Shown one piece after another: positions 1-13,575 of a stretch of DNA of 64,000 nt. Source of the stretch: Vicugna vicugna (lineage: Eukaryota); contig MU058584.1 of the NCBI GenBank assembly GCA_013265495.1, positions 4,284,508 to 4,348,507 of the forward strand, given 5' to 3'. Under the pieces are notes generated by a model, which did no database searches, was not told the DNA's origin, and saw nothing but the letters and a program-made list of their open reading frames with translations. Within the stretch, counting starts at the first letter, position 1. Each line of letters starts with the position of its first letter. The position numbers and the translations under genes were made by a program.

Positions 1-551
1 TGGAGCCCCTGAGGGTCTCTGCTCCTACCTGATGGACTAGCCTCATCAGGCTTGGACCTGCAGGGGCAGGCCCAACCCTCAAACTCTGGCCATGGTGCTT
101 TCCTTTTTATGGCCCCTTCAGGGCCGTGGGTGAAAGGCAGGACCTTCCCCACCTGCAGAAGCCAGAAGCAGGCTTATCTCTGGTGGCTGGTCTTGCCCCC
201 ATTACCCCACCCCACATCTCCAAAACATCCAGATGACCTCAGCTCATAAATGGCCCTGCTATGAGATAGGCTATCCGTGGCTGGAGCCCAAAATCTCATT
301 CGTATATTCCTCTGATATTAACGTGCAATGCCAACCCACCTGATCTGCAGACTTCTTCTACCAGTGGGGATGAAAATGACGTGGCAGCAGCAGATCCCTA
401 CTTCCCCCTTGCAGTTCTTCAGGGCCAACTGGCAACAGCCTGCCATCCCTACAAGGAGTGCAAGGGTACCCACATTCCAACTAACCCCTGCTGTGTGGCA
501 GTCATTGTCTTAGGTGACGACAAGAACAATAGCTCAGGTGGGAGGGAAGGC

Positions 552-910
552 TTATTATGCACCAGGCACTGTGCTGGGACTTCATGTGCATTAACGCATT
601 TGGGCTTTATAACAATCATATGAGACAAGTGCTTTTATAATCCTTAATTTACAAGTGGGGGAACTGAGCGAAGTTGAGTCTTGCCCAAGATCAAACGTCT
701 AGTAAGAGGAAGGGTTCGGATTTGAACCCAAACTGTCCTATCAGACAATCTCTTAGCATCTTCACCACCCCACAGTGGGTGTTATTAGCTGCATTTTATA
801 GATGAGACTCTGAGCAGTTAAGTCAATTGCCCAAGACCCGCAATCCATAAATTTTAGAATGAGATTCAAATTTGAGCTTGTCAGACTCCAAATTCTGTAC
901 TCTCTTCACC
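552..910 (-). mobile_element. Two MIR fragments
   Basis: ccaggcactgtgct, ttttacaag..gaactgag..ttgcccaagatca, ggatttgaaccc and ttttatagatgag core motifs. Confidence 0.65.
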
Positions 911-1108
911 ATTCTTGCTTCCTGAGTGCTGCTGGCTGCCCTGGGTTGGACAGGAATGGCTGGGTGTGGTCTATTCCCAGCAGCTGCCAGAGGCTGCCCA
1001 CCTCCTACAGCCATGGTGCCTTCTTGCCAATACGGAGGGGCCCATGGGACTGGCATCCTGGGACTAAGCCGAGTCCCGTAGTCCTGGGCAAATGAAAAGA
1101 GACCTTAT

Positions 1109-1319
1109 AGGGGGAGGTTGTAGCTCAGTGGTAGAGTACATGCTTAGCATGCACGAGGGTTCAATCCCCAGTACCTTCATCAAAAAATCAGTAATAAAAT
1201 AAATACACCTAATTATCTCCTCCCCCCAAAACAAACAAAAAAAACAAGTAAACAATGTGTATTTATTCAAATAAATATATGCATCTTATAATACCTAAAG
1301 GCCAATACTTTAAGAAAAG
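1109..1319 (+). mobile_element. tRNA-Ala-derived camelid SINE (Vic-1-like) with extended 3' tail
   Basis: Head TAGCTCAGTGGTAGAG...CTTAGCATGCACGAGG...GTTCAATCCCCAGTACC, tail ACCTAATTATCTCC, TSD AGAGACCTTAT (1098-1108 and 1320-1330). Confidence 0.85.
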
Positions 1320-1364
1320 AGAGACCTTATGCAGATGGAGTGTGCCTCAAACTTTTTCTTTAAG

Positions 1365-2240
1365 CACTTTTTTTAATTAAAAAGAAATTTCATCACAGTT
1401 ACGAGATAAAACTTACATATAGTAGAAGTCACGTAATTTAAGGGTGCAATTTGATGAGTATTGACTGTATACAGTTATGTAACCACCACCACCACAAGAC
1501 AGAGGTCACAATCAAGATCTAGAACATTTCCTTTGTAGTCAGTCCCCGGCGCCTACCCCTGGTCCCCGGCAATCAGTGAGTTGCTTTCTGTCATCATAGC
1601 TTTGCATTTTTAAGACTGTTCTTATGTAAATGGAGCCATTCTGGTCGTCTTTCACATCTGACTTCTTTCACGTGGCATAAAGCTGTCAAAATTCATCCAT
1701 GCCGTGCACGTAGCCCTGGTTTGCTCCTTTTTATTGCCGAGTGGGATTCTGTGATATGCGTATAACACAGCATGTTCGTTTATCCACTCACCAGTTGATG
1801 GACATTTGGGTTTCTAGATCTGGGCTACCAGTAAGAAAGCTGCTCTAAAAATTTGCATACAAGTCTTTATGTAGATACATGTTTTTATTTCTCCTGGGCA
1901 AATACCAAAGAGTGGGATTCGTCAGGTCATTTGGTTGGTGTATGTTTAACTTGAGAGGCTGCCAAAATATTTTTCTAAGTGGGCATACCACGTAGCATTT
2001 CCTCTAACAATGGATGAGCACTCCAGTTGCTCTGAAGGCTCCCCAACATTTGGCGTTGTCAGTTTGTCTTACTGTAACCATTCTTGTGGGTATCCAGTGA
2101 TATCTCTTTGCAGTCTTAAGTTGCATTTACCTAATGATTAATGTGCTTATTTGCCATTCACATATCTTCTTTGGTGAAGCGTCTGTCCAGATCCTTTGCC
2201 CTTTTTTAATTGGGTTATTTGTCTTATTATTACACAATTT
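1365..2240 (-). mobile_element. Old L1 (L1M-type) 3' fragment
   Basis: Typical antisense L1 3' text (aattcatccatg, ttatccactcaccagttgatggacatttggg, atatcttctttggtgaagcgtctg); boundaries approximate. Confidence 0.75.
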
Positions 2241-2299
2241 GAGGAGCACTTTTTAATCCCCAAATGTGAACTCCTGAAAGCTTTGGCTGCCAGAGGCAT

Positions 2300-2530
2300 G
2301 TGGTGTTGTGGTTCAGAACACAGGCCTCAGGAGATCATCGGAGTGTGGATTCTAGACTTACCATTAGTAGCTGTGCGATCCTGGACCACTTACTTGGGCT
2401 CTCTAGGTATCAGTTTTCTCATCAGTAACATGGAGGTACTTATGAAACCCGTGTCACAGAGATGCTACGAGGATTGAATGAGATAATCTTAACACAGTAC
2501 CTGGCACAATAAACTTTCAGTAAATCAGCT
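2300..2530 (+). mobile_element. MIR
   Basis: tagctgtgcgatcctgg...cagttttctcatcagtaa...gaggattgaatgagataat...acagtacctggcaca. Confidence 0.7.
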
Positions 2531-4760
2531 GCTTTATTGTTGTTGAGAGAATGACATGACAAAAGTCTACTCTTATTAATTTAAAATCAGTTGCTAAAGA
2601 GAGATAGTTAAGCAAAGATGGCAGGTGTAGATAGAATCACCCAGTACGGGGATGGTGCTGGGCACAGAGGGGACCTGAGCAGCCCAGCAGGTCTGGACTC
2701 ATGTGGGACTCTTGGCCCGAGAGTGCTCTCAGTCAGCTTCTGGAGGGGACACTCACACCATGAATCAGCCCCAGGCCCAAGGGGAGCAGCCAGAGGGAAG
2801 AGCAGGTGGGAAAGAGATGTCAGGCCATCTACAAGCCTCTGCAGGCTGAAAGCCAATCCCCCTACCCTTCCCAGCTCCCCCTTTTCATACCAGGGGTCAG
2901 CTGTTTTGCTCTATGGAACCCAACAGACCTTTCAAGTGAAGCAACTCAACTCAGCTAGGTGGTTTTCTTTCCTTTTCTCTTCTTTGGACGGTGTGGCAAG
3001 AGGAGATGGGAAAGATAATTAAAATAACTGCTTCAAGACCCCTTTGGCCCCACCCCAGTGAGTTGGCTTCTTGGGCAGGTAGCGCCTGCCTGTACTTTGC
3101 ATGGGGCCTCTTTGACATACCAGAGATTGTGGGCTCCCGCCTAGAGCATCCCTGGGCAGCAAGGAGGGGAGGACAGCCTTGGTATCTGAGGACAGCTGCA
3201 GGGACAGACCAGAGATGTGGATTTTAGATCCTGTGCAGACACCACTCTGCACTGATAGGGACTCATGCCTTTCTGTGCATCATTTGATCCTTGAGGAAAT
3301 GTGTCTGAAAATCCTAGCTGCCAACAGAAGGATCCAACCATTCTAGATAAAGAAATAGACAAATTTTAAGTATTTTTTAAAGATATGTCATGTTTTAGGA
3401 GAGATTGGATTATTAAAAGTGGAGAAGACAAATACCCAGGGATGGGAATAAGAAATCATAATGGATTTCTTAGCTCCAAGTAGAGACTGGAGGTTCAGGT
3501 TGTTAACCATTGGATTCATCAGGGAAGGTCTCATTCTTTGCCCTCTAGGTACTATGCCATTGACCTTGGACGAGTCAATGAATCGTAGTGAACGTATTCA
3601 AGACAGGTGTGCCCAGAGCCAACCCTGGCTGACACTTTGTTTCCATTTCCACTTCAAGGTCCTGATCTATATTTATCAAGCCCGCACAATGTTTGCCCAG
3701 TGGTGTTGGTTTACTGGGACATCATTCATTTATTCATTCATTCATTTACAGGCATTTATCAAGCACTTAATATCACAGTGGGCTAGGGGATGGGGACACG
3801 AATAATACACTGTCCCTGAGCTTACAGCAGAAAGAGACAGGCTTGCAAAACCACGGTATTTGATAAACTCTCTGTTTTTCAGACACATCGACCTTTAGTT
3901 TCCTTAAACACCTCCCAGTCTTCTCAGTTCCAGACCTTGGTGTAAACTCTCCTTGGAATGCCGTTGGCTACCCCCCTCCCCTCCCCACCTCATACACTTT
4001 GCTTGGATCACTGCTACTTATCTTTCAGGTCTCAGTTTAACCATCACATCTTTGGGTCAGGTCCCCTTGTCACTTGCTTTCCTAGTCCTTTCCCTCTGCA
4101 GCATTTATTACCCTAACAACAACCTGGGGCAAAAATGATGGTTGTTGAACAGTCACCCTCATTGGACTGTAACCTCCATTATGAAAGGACCTGTATTATC
4201 TTGTTAATTGCTATATTCTGGCGCAGGACCTGGAGTACAGGAAAAATGAACGAGTGAATGAGCCCAAGATGTGATAAAGCAAAAAGAAGGAGCGGAAGAC
4301 CCAGCACCACATCCTACCCATTGTGGTCCGACCCACAGAGCATCCCAGGGGGCTCCCTACTAAGAGTCCAGCTCCAGGCTGCAAGGGAGGAGGGGAGGGG
4401 AGGGAAGAGGAGCTGCTGTAACAGGAGAGGCTGCAGCTGACTGGGAGGCAGGCCCTGGTCCTCGGGCGACTTATTCTAATCTTAGAAGGCATGCTGGGCT
4501 TTCTGCTGTGGCATGAAGGGCAGATGTCCCAGACCTCAGGACACGCTCACTGTCACTCCCACTCAGGAAGCAGAAACGGCCCCCAGTGAAGGGTGTCCCT
4601 GGGGGGCCTCCGGGTGGCTGCAGCAAACCCCAGGACTCCAGGCAACCCTGGTGCCTGGAACCCAACCCATCTCTCAGACTTGGAGGGGCTCCCAGTGGAA
4701 TCAGGTTTATTATGGGACTAACCAGCAAGAGAGGAGCACATGACAGGAGTCTCTGAACTC

Positions 4761-4960
4761 TTTTTTTTTTAAGTTGAATCACATTTTTATTTTATTAAAA
4801 AAATTTTTTTATTGAAGTACAGTTAGTTACAATGTGTCAGTTTCTTTGTACAGCACAATGTCCCCATCATGCGTATACATACATATATTTGTTTTCATAT
4901 TCTTTTTCATTGAAGGTTATTACAGGATGTTGAATATAGCCCCCTGTGCTATACAGAAGA
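4761..4960 (-). mobile_element. Short 5'-truncated L1 3' end
   Basis: Poly-T, then tttattgaagtacagttagttacaatgtg...ttgaatatagccccctgtgctatacag, resembling a cetartiodactyl L1 3'UTR. Confidence 0.75.
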
Positions 4961-7900
4961 AACTCCCTTTGAAGAGCAGTGTGTTGTAGATTTACATGTT
5001 GGCCCTCTGAATCACCCATGTTAGCTATGCAGAGGCATTTCCCCTTTGCCCTAAAAAGAAAAAGGAAAAAAAAAGCCAGCTGCTCCCAGGCTGACAGACT
5101 GACAAGGTTGAATCTGATTTGCTCCTCCCCCCCTGCACGCCCACTGGTGGTAGGAGGAAGATGGAGTTGTTGGTGCGTGCACCCCAGCCCGGACCACGAG
5201 GTTGCTGCTTCTGCTCCTCATCCCAGCACTCTCTCCACCTCCTCCCACCCTCCACTAACCTTGCCTGTCTTTGGCCATTACCTTGTAACAGGAACCAAGT
5301 TTCAAACCCAGGTTTGTCTGACTCCAAAAATCCCAGGCAGATCCTTTAGGTCTGTCCTGGACTCTCTGCTCTGTCCACTCACCCCTTCTGGGCACTTTTC
5401 CCTTCTCTTGGCACCTCTCACCTCTTTCCTTCCAGCCCTGCTCCTCCTCTAGGCTCCCCATCTCTGTAGACAGCATCCCTGTTCACCCAGCAGAGGCCAG
5501 AAACCTGGGCAGCATCTTGCCACCTCCCTACACACACTTGGTCAGTCGTCAGTTCTGATCAATCCTCCACCTAATTTGCTTTTGAGTTCTGCTAATATCC
5601 CATCCCCACAGACCCAACTGCAGTTCAGACCACCATTCCGGCTAGTCTCACAGACTCCTGAGATCTGCAGAGTATTGGCTCCAACCCTGTGTCTAAGCCA
5701 TCCTCATAGTTACTAATTCCCAGATTTATCTGCCCATGGTCGCCTTTGGTCCCAGTTTTCTGCCTCTTCTGAATCCTTGTCCTCCATTCTCCTGTAAGCC
5801 CAGTAGACCTAAGCACCCTGTGAATCTGCTCCCCTGTGAATCCCTGGCATGTGTCGGGCTCATTAATGTCCTCTGAGTGGGCAAATCAAAAAAGTCTGCC
5901 GCTTGAAGGCATTCCTTTACCAAATGTGGGCCCTAGACACTTTTCATTCTCACTCTATCCCTTTACAAAGCACCCATAAATAAAAGGCATTCAGTAGAAC
6001 TTCTACTGCAGGTTTGCGGATTGCAGGAGGCGGTTGTGATGACACCACATAGCTAACAACTGTAAATCAACGACCAGAGATTCCTGTTCACCGAAACCCT
6101 TTTGGCCACCCCATCACCAGAGGTTCCTTCCATTCTGGCCATTTCCCCCACAAGTGGCTGGCCCTGTCCGCTGCTCAGGGTCTTAGCTCCTCTGCCCCTT
6201 CCTGCGTCCAGTTTACTTAAAATGAAACACAAACTGCTTGCCACAGTCCTCGAGGCTCCACACGGTGGGCTCCAGGCTGCTTCTCATCCTGGATCTCCCC
6301 TCCTTTGTCCTTGATGAGACAGGTCCTCGCCACACCTCTCTTTTCTCGGCTTGTCAGGCTTTGTTCCTGTCTGTGCTTTCTGCTCAGAAGAACTTTCTTC
6401 CCATCTTTTCCCCAGCTGGGATTCAACTCAGATGACCTTTCCTCAGAGATGTCTGCTCACACCCCCAGAGATAAAATGCCCTGTTTTCTCTTTTTCATGG
6501 CCTTTAACAAGGTATCTTATTTGTTTATCTGTGTTTACTCTTTGCTACCCTTGGTGGAATAGAAACTCCTTAAGGGCAAGAACTGTCATGGCTTCACCCC
6601 GGGGCCCAGGGCAATAATGTTTACTGATGAGAGAATGAGTGAGATAACTTCTGGCGCAGAAGTCTAGAGTTGGTACAGCATGTCGGTGCGGGAAAACGCT
6701 AGATCTTTGGAATCCAGATAAAGCTGGTGCTACACTTAGTAACTTGACGAGTTAGCGACTCTGGGCCATTTTCTGTTCTAGAAGAAGTATGAGGATGATA
6801 GAAAATGTATCGGGTGCTCTAAGGACAGTGCCTCCCACAGAGCAGCTGTTCCAGTAGGCAGGTAGGTCAAAGGGGCCACCTGGGCTCCCAGTCCCTCGTC
6901 CTTTCCATCGTCCCAGGATGGTAATGGTGAAACGCTGGGGTGAATTAAAGAGTTAAGGATAAGGTGAGGGTAAAGAAAGATGCTGGAACCATCGTGAGAT
7001 CCCAAAGAGACTGTCTGTTGATCCTTCTGAAATGATGGTTTAAGTATGGACATATTGGAAGGGGGTGAGTATGGTCTTAAGATCCACAGCTGCTCTAGAA
7101 GAGCAGAGAAGCAAGCACACCTTACACTTCTGAGGCTCTGGGTGGTCTCGCTTGTTTCTGGTGAGCAAGAGAACCTTCCTTTTAGCTATAAGGGCAGGGG
7201 TTCCTCAGCCCCTAGGCAGAGCCCTCCCATTGCTTCTCCTCCAAGCTGTACGTGCCTTGTCTTCCTAAACCACGATCCAGAGACTGTTCGATACATAGAC
7301 CTTGGACCAAGGAGGCGGGATGGGGCAGAGGCAGGGAGGTAGGTAGTGCCCAATTCGGGCGTGTCCACAAAGATTCCACTGTGTGGGTGGCCGGCAGCGT
7401 CCAAATTGTACTGACTCAACATGGCAACAGCGAGAGGGAAGTTCCATGCCATCCAGACACAGGGGCTCCTCAGTTCTCAGAAGAAAGTCCCATAGAAACA
7501 GAAAGTAAACACCAGAGGTGATTTTCTTCTGGCCTCGGCAAAGTCGCGCGAACCACGGGAATGGGTTCCAAGCTTGCCGGCAGAGCCAGGCTGAAATGGT
7601 GGCACCGAGGGCTTGGTGAGCAAGTTCCAGGACCCAGAAGATGGAGTAGGGGGCTACAGTCTGGAAGGACAAGTGTCAACTGAAGCAGGACCCGGAGAGG
7701 AATGAGGTGAGAAGACAGATTTAAGACGTAGCGATTGGCCCCGGAAAGAAAGGACAAGCTGGGGTCAAAACAACGACAAAACGTGGAATGTGGATGTAGG
7801 CAGGGGAGGGTGTTAGTGACTCTGGGAGCAGGTGCCCGGGCCTGATACCTGGGCACCTGCTGGGGGTTGGGTGGTGGGGGAGGGGAAGAAAGCATCCTTT

Positions 7901-10900
7901 GATGAGAACTTTCTGTGTTCCCTGCTCTGTGTTCAGAACTTAACAGAATAGAGAATATTCTCTTTGGAATAGAGAAAGAACACTTAGTCCCAGGGAGGCT
8001 GTGGGCAGGGATGGGAGGGAGGGTGTCCCAGGAGAACTGGGGACTAGGCAGGGACGCTGAAGTCAGTCTCAGATCTAAGAGCAATCAAGGTGGGAGCATG
8101 ACCTTACCAAACCAGCCTTGGCCAAGAGAGAGCTCACCCTCCTGGGGCTGAGGCGGTGTGATGTCAAATTGCTGGAGGAGGTTAGTTGTGGTCCCTGCCA
8201 GAACTGCAAGGCAGAAATCCAGGCAGCACCTCAGCGCCTGTCCCTCCCCAGAGCCATGCTGCTCCCACTATTCCTGTGCAACCCAGTGGCATAGGATAGC
8301 TTCACTGTTTATGTATCACTTGACAGTTCTCAAAGCACCTGCACAAATTATCCTACTTAACTGATGTCCATTGCTAGCTTATCAGGCATTGGAGTCAAGT
8401 GTTTCACAGAGTATTCTGTTTAGCTTGTCCTGTGTGACTCTGGTTAAGTCACTTGCCTTCTCTGGGCTTTGGTGTGCCCGACTGAGAGAAGGCAACAATC
8501 AGTCATTCTTCCATAACATAGAATGAGAAGCATCTGGAGAGGGGCTGGTGGTGAGTGGATTTGCCAGGCTTCAGCAAGCCCTGGAGTCCGTGGACATTCA
8601 AAAGAAAAGCCATTCACTAGGTTCCAAGAAAACAAATTCAGACGTATTATAATCTTTCCTTCAACCCAGCTTTTAAGCCCTAAATGCTTCCAGAAGGCTT
8701 GTAGTTCTTTCGCCCCTTGCCAAGCCCAGTTTTGAGACAGGGAAGTTGGGGAGGAGTTTCTGATTCCTGTAGCTCTATTTTTATCTGGAATGTATCTTCC
8801 TGCACCGCCAGTGATTGGCGCCTTTGGGGCCGAGGTAAAGTGCGCTGTCAGCAGGATGTGAGCGATAAATAGCAACGGACAGAGAGACTGAGCTGTTCCG
8901 GGGCAGGAAGTTAGACAGATGGACAAACTAATGGGCCCAGCATCTTTGCCAAGAGCAGCTCAATTAATTAATCACACTGTCCCTGGAGCGTCTCCGTTGT
9001 TCCGAGAGGACAAGATGTTCACCTCCGACAAGGCCCAATGCGGCAAGTGCGGGGCATGATCAGGGTGGGCACCGCTCCCCTGCTTTCCCCCAGCGTTGTG
9101 GGGAATTCTGGCATCTTGAAGAGAAGTGAATCCTTTTACATCTTGATGTGAAGTCAGCATTTGATGTTTAGGATGCACTGGGGATAAACTTGAATAACAG
9201 CGGGAAATAGTAAAAAGGGACCCGTCTTTTTCTCTAGAACAGCCTGTTCACAGATCAGCAGGTCCATGGCCCCAGCAGTTCTTTCCTATCTCTAAGCAAA
9301 GCCCTCCTCACAAAGCTTTGCCCCCACCTACTCAGCTTCACCGCCGGAGGGCGCTGGAGTTCAGCGGGCGGTCAGGCGTCTGTCTGCCCCTCCTCTGCTC
9401 CAAGTGGGCAGCATCTGGTATAACCAGTGACATTTACTTTGGAGGGAACACCCAAATAACAAAGCTTGGAAACAATTTTAGCACAAAAAGGAGGGCCTAG
9501 GAAGTGTATGTGAATGTGTGTGTGTGTGTCTGTGCTGGTGTGTGGTGCACAGGGATGCAAGCTTGCAGTTGGAGAGGAGCATGCCTGGTCTTGGAAGGCC
9601 ATGAGCCCCATGGAAAGACAGAGATGAACTTTCTCAGGCAAACGTACTACCCAAATCCTCCCAGTTTCAAGCTAGACATGAGCAGGGAAGCGTGGAGAGG
9701 GAGTTTGCAGTCTGCATAAAAAATGCCATCATCACAGTCACCAAAAACCAAAGCCTAGCATCTCTGGGACTGGACATTTGATAAACGTTATTAAAACCAG
9801 GTGGTTCTGTGGGATGCATGTAACAAGGCAGAAGAGAGGTGGCTGTTTCCAGCACTCGCTGACTCACCCTGTGTGTGTGTGTGACAGATAGGAGTGAGCG
9901 GTGTCCAGATGCATTGTGGCCTCTTCAGGGAGCCTGGAGGCACCTTGAGGGAGGAGAGGCTGCAGGAAACTGATGACTGCCCTGGTGGCAGAGCAGGGGC
10001 ATGGTAACCGGCTTGGAGAAAACTCCCAGCAAAAAGGAACAGAACAGTAAAAGAAGTGAGTCTCTCAGTGCAGACACTGTGGAGAATGTAATGAGATATG
10101 CAAATATCTAACTGAAATCATCACAAGGGTTCTTGGAAGGACCCTGTTGCCCATACTCATAACAGCCGTTCTAAAATTCTTATGTCCCGGGGCCTTGTCC
10201 CTGCCCTATAGCTATACAGTAAATCATATAATTCTCAGAACAGCCTTGTGAGTGATGTGCTACTATTATCCCTGTCAAGGTACAGAAAAGTAAAGTAATT
10301 TGCTTAAGGTCACTGAACTAGTACGAGCAGCCAAATCCAGACAGTCTGGTTCCCGTCCGCCATGCTCCCTACCTCTCATGTTATTTATCTGTTAATTCAA
10401 CAAATATTTTCTGAACATTTCTATGTCCAAGGCACTCAATTAAGCAGGGGAGACAAGACACAAAAATATTGTCCAAGTTCAATAGACGGCATTTGCTCAT
10501 CCTATTACATGTAGTTACAGGCCTCTCTCTCCAGTGCATGTTGCCAGCCCCCAGTTTCCTAAGCCTCGTCTGACCAAGGGAAGATGCTGTCACTGATATA
10601 CCCCTCCTTAGGCCGGGTCTTTGTGGAATTTGGGGGGAAGCCGGCCTTATCCTGCCTCTCAGATCTCTGGGCACCTTCCCACCTCCCAGGACAGCACCAA
10701 GTTGTCTTCCTCTCCAGGTCCCCAGAGCCACACCCAGGGCTGAGGACATTGTAAATATTCACTAAATGCAGTTGACTGAACAGGTCTTTTAAAAAATCTT
10801 TGAATGCAGGAGCCAATTGCAAAATGCTGTTAAAGACCTCACTGTCCTGGCACAGTGACACACATAACATCGTGGCCTTATACCCAGCACCTTGTGTGGC

Positions 10901-10972
10901 ACCCAGTGCCGACTCTCTGCGGTGCCAAGTACATACTTGCTGGTTAACTTTTGCTTGTCCTTGGTTTGCCAG

Positions 10973-11074
10973 GAAAGGCCGGCAGAAACTAACGCCAAAG
11001 TGGACGACTCGGCGCCCCCGTCGGTAGCCCAGCTGGCCGGGCGGTTTAGGGAGCAGGCAGCCGCTGCAAAGGAG
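10973..11074 (+). CDS. RCSD1: RCSD1 (CapZ-interacting protein, CapZIP) coding exon 2
   Basis: Pyrimidine tract + AG at 10971-72 and GTGAGT donor at 11075; 102 nt encoding [34 protein letters not shown], matching the recalled CapZIP N-terminus ([27 protein letters not shown]). Exon 1 (Met-Glu) not found in window. Confidence 0.95.
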
Positions 11075-12220
11075 GTGAGTCAGGCGGCTTCAGAGCCCCT
11101 CTCCTGGGAGGGGGCTGGAGGAAGGGGAAGTCTGGGTCAGGCCCAGAGGAGAGGGCGGGAGGAGGCTTGGTAATTACCAAATTAGGAAGAGAAGCGGAGA
11201 GGGGTCTCCCTGAATGTGAGGAATGTCACCATGCCGCTGGGCCTGGGCGGGATCTTTCCCCAGCAGAGTGAGGCTTACACTCTGGCGCGGAGGGAGCAGA
11301 CCCAGGGCCGGCCGCGAGCTGAAGTCCTGCCCGTCGGAGAGAGTCTGCATTCATCTCCTTCTGGATTCACTGATGGAGACTTAGATCTTGCACAGCTGTA
11401 CTAGACCTGGGCTCATGCAGAATAAAGAAGCCCCCGCACCAGGCTCCTGCCGGAACCTAGGGATCCAGAGCAAGGACAGATTCCAAATGGAGCCTTGGGA
11501 AGAAAGAGAGGACTTCAAGGGAAGCACAGTCAGATAGGAAGCCAGGGATCAGGATGGAACGGGAGCCAGTGACCAATGGATTCTAGAAAGAACCTGCTGG
11601 AGAGGGCAGAGTCAAAGGTAGCATTGGAGAGATTCGGGCTAGGTTTTCTCTAGTCCTACAGTGTGAGGAGCTCTTTAGAAGTGAAGTGAGGGAAGAGCTC
11701 CCCCGCAACTCACGCCCCAGTGTGGAAGGAGGGTTATCATGGCCTCTTGGGGCAGACGAGAATATGGTTGTCATGCTTTCTTAGGTGTGTTATTTTGCAT
11801 TTTTGTTTTCTCATCTGAAAAATCGGCCCATAATTTCTAGACATTATAGGAATGTCATAAAGGGTGAAAGAGAGACCCCTGATCTAAGGTGCTAGCAGTA
11901 CTTAGCAGCTGGATGTGGTGTCATTTTGAGATGTTGCTTCAGGCTGATGCATCTCAAGTAGAAGTGGATTCTCTGGCAGGAAAGGACCAGGAGAGGAGAG
12001 GCTGAAAGTCAAAACGGGCCAACAGTTCACTGGAATGAATTTATGGTTTGGGTTAACGGATGGTCACAAAGACATGCAATGCCTCCCTCCATTCTTTTCT
12101 CCTTCAGACATCCCTAAACATTCCTAAAACCATTTACCACTTCCTTCCTCTTCCTCCTTGTTGCCTGATTAGCTCTCTCTCTTTTTCTCTCTATGTGTCC
12201 GTCTGTCGCCCTCCCTCTAG

Positions 12221-12310
12221 ACACCAGCCACTAAACCAACAAGAAGGAAACCGCCCTGCTCCCTCTCTCTGTTCCCCCCCAAGGTAGAGCTGGGCCAGAA
12301 TGGTGAGGAG
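12221..12310 (+). CDS. RCSD1: RCSD1 coding exon 3
   Basis: ctccctctAG acceptor, GTAAGT donor; 90 nt encoding [30 protein letters not shown], in frame with exon 2. Confidence 0.95.
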
Positions 12311-13431
12311 GTAAGTGCCACTGCTGCCGGGGGCTCAGAGGATGCTGGTGATGGGTTTTCTTCTTCCTTAGAGGAAGAGGCACCACAGTCACACTTGTAG
12401 ACTTCGAAACCTGCGCGGGGAACTTCAACATTTCAGATTCAGGGATGAGTCTCCTCTTCTTAATGCTTCCTGAATCCTATCATTTGAAAACGAGGCTCCT
12501 TCTGCTTTCTCTTACTGAGCCTCCTGTTCAAGGGCAGGAACACTCTTTTTCAAGCCTCAGCATTTCAGCAAAGAGAATGGACCGCACAGTATTGCCACAC
12601 CGGATTCAGGAGTCATGAAAGTCACGTTTTACTGTCAGGTCTGACTTAGATGATCTTCCATGCGTAGACAGAATCTTCCGTGTGTAGAAGGCGTCCGGAA
12701 AGAGGCGCTGCACTCACGTAAGGCAGAATTGCAGTGTGAGAGAGTCGTGAGGTTCTGCGGGATCTTATGAAGGCTGACTATTGTTCTGGATCACTGGAAG
12801 AAAACCAGAGCACACAAGAGACCTCATTGCCCTCAGATATAAATAGCCAGTGTTACAAACATAATAAAGGGTCTGGTATCACAGATCATAGCCAGCGATG
12901 GATTCCCAGCCTGCATATTCACCTACTCTTATTTATCTAATTGTAGCTGTAGGAGTGTCTTGTCCACGCCCTCCCAGCCATCCATGAACCTTCACTGTGG
13001 TCATCATGGTCCCGGCCAGAAATGGATTTGCATGTTCCCTCGTCCAGCCTGGGAGGCCAGCCCCAAAATAGAGCAAGGCAGTCCAGTTCCCACATCCCAT
13101 TGTGACCACCTCTTTCCCCTCTTCCTTTTCGGAGACTGGTGTCCTGATGGCAGACACCAGATAGACATGTGAACTTGGGCGAGCCTCTTGGGGCCTACAT
13201 GAAGTGAGCCATTTGGAGTGGATCAGCGATTTTCAAACCTTTTTGTCAACTCAGGATGTATAAGCAGAAACCCATCAGACGAAGCTCAGAACTGCTTGAG
13301 TGGGATGTGGGGCACAGTGGGGTTGGAGTCTAACGCCCCATTTGCTCTGAGAATACTCCACCACCCGTACGGATCGGGGTCTTCTGAGATGAGAACCCCC
13401 AAGAAGCACAGTTTAAAAATCACTAAGTTTT

Positions 13432-13575
13432 GGGGGGGTAGGTTACTCAGTGGTAGAGTGCATTCTTAGCATGCACAAGGTCCTGGGTTCAGTCGCCAAT
13501 ACCCCCATTAAAAAAATAAATAAACCTAATTACCCCTCCCCCCAAAAAAACCCCAAAACCCAACAACAACAAAAA
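13432..13575 (+). mobile_element. Vic-1-like SINE
   Basis: Same tRNA-Ala-like head, AATAAATAAACCTAATTACC tail and A-rich end; degenerate TSD. Confidence 0.85.

Noticed and set aside
7470..8084. 204-aa minus ORF
   Set aside because: Non-ATG start, low-complexity composition, no recognisable domain or splice structure.
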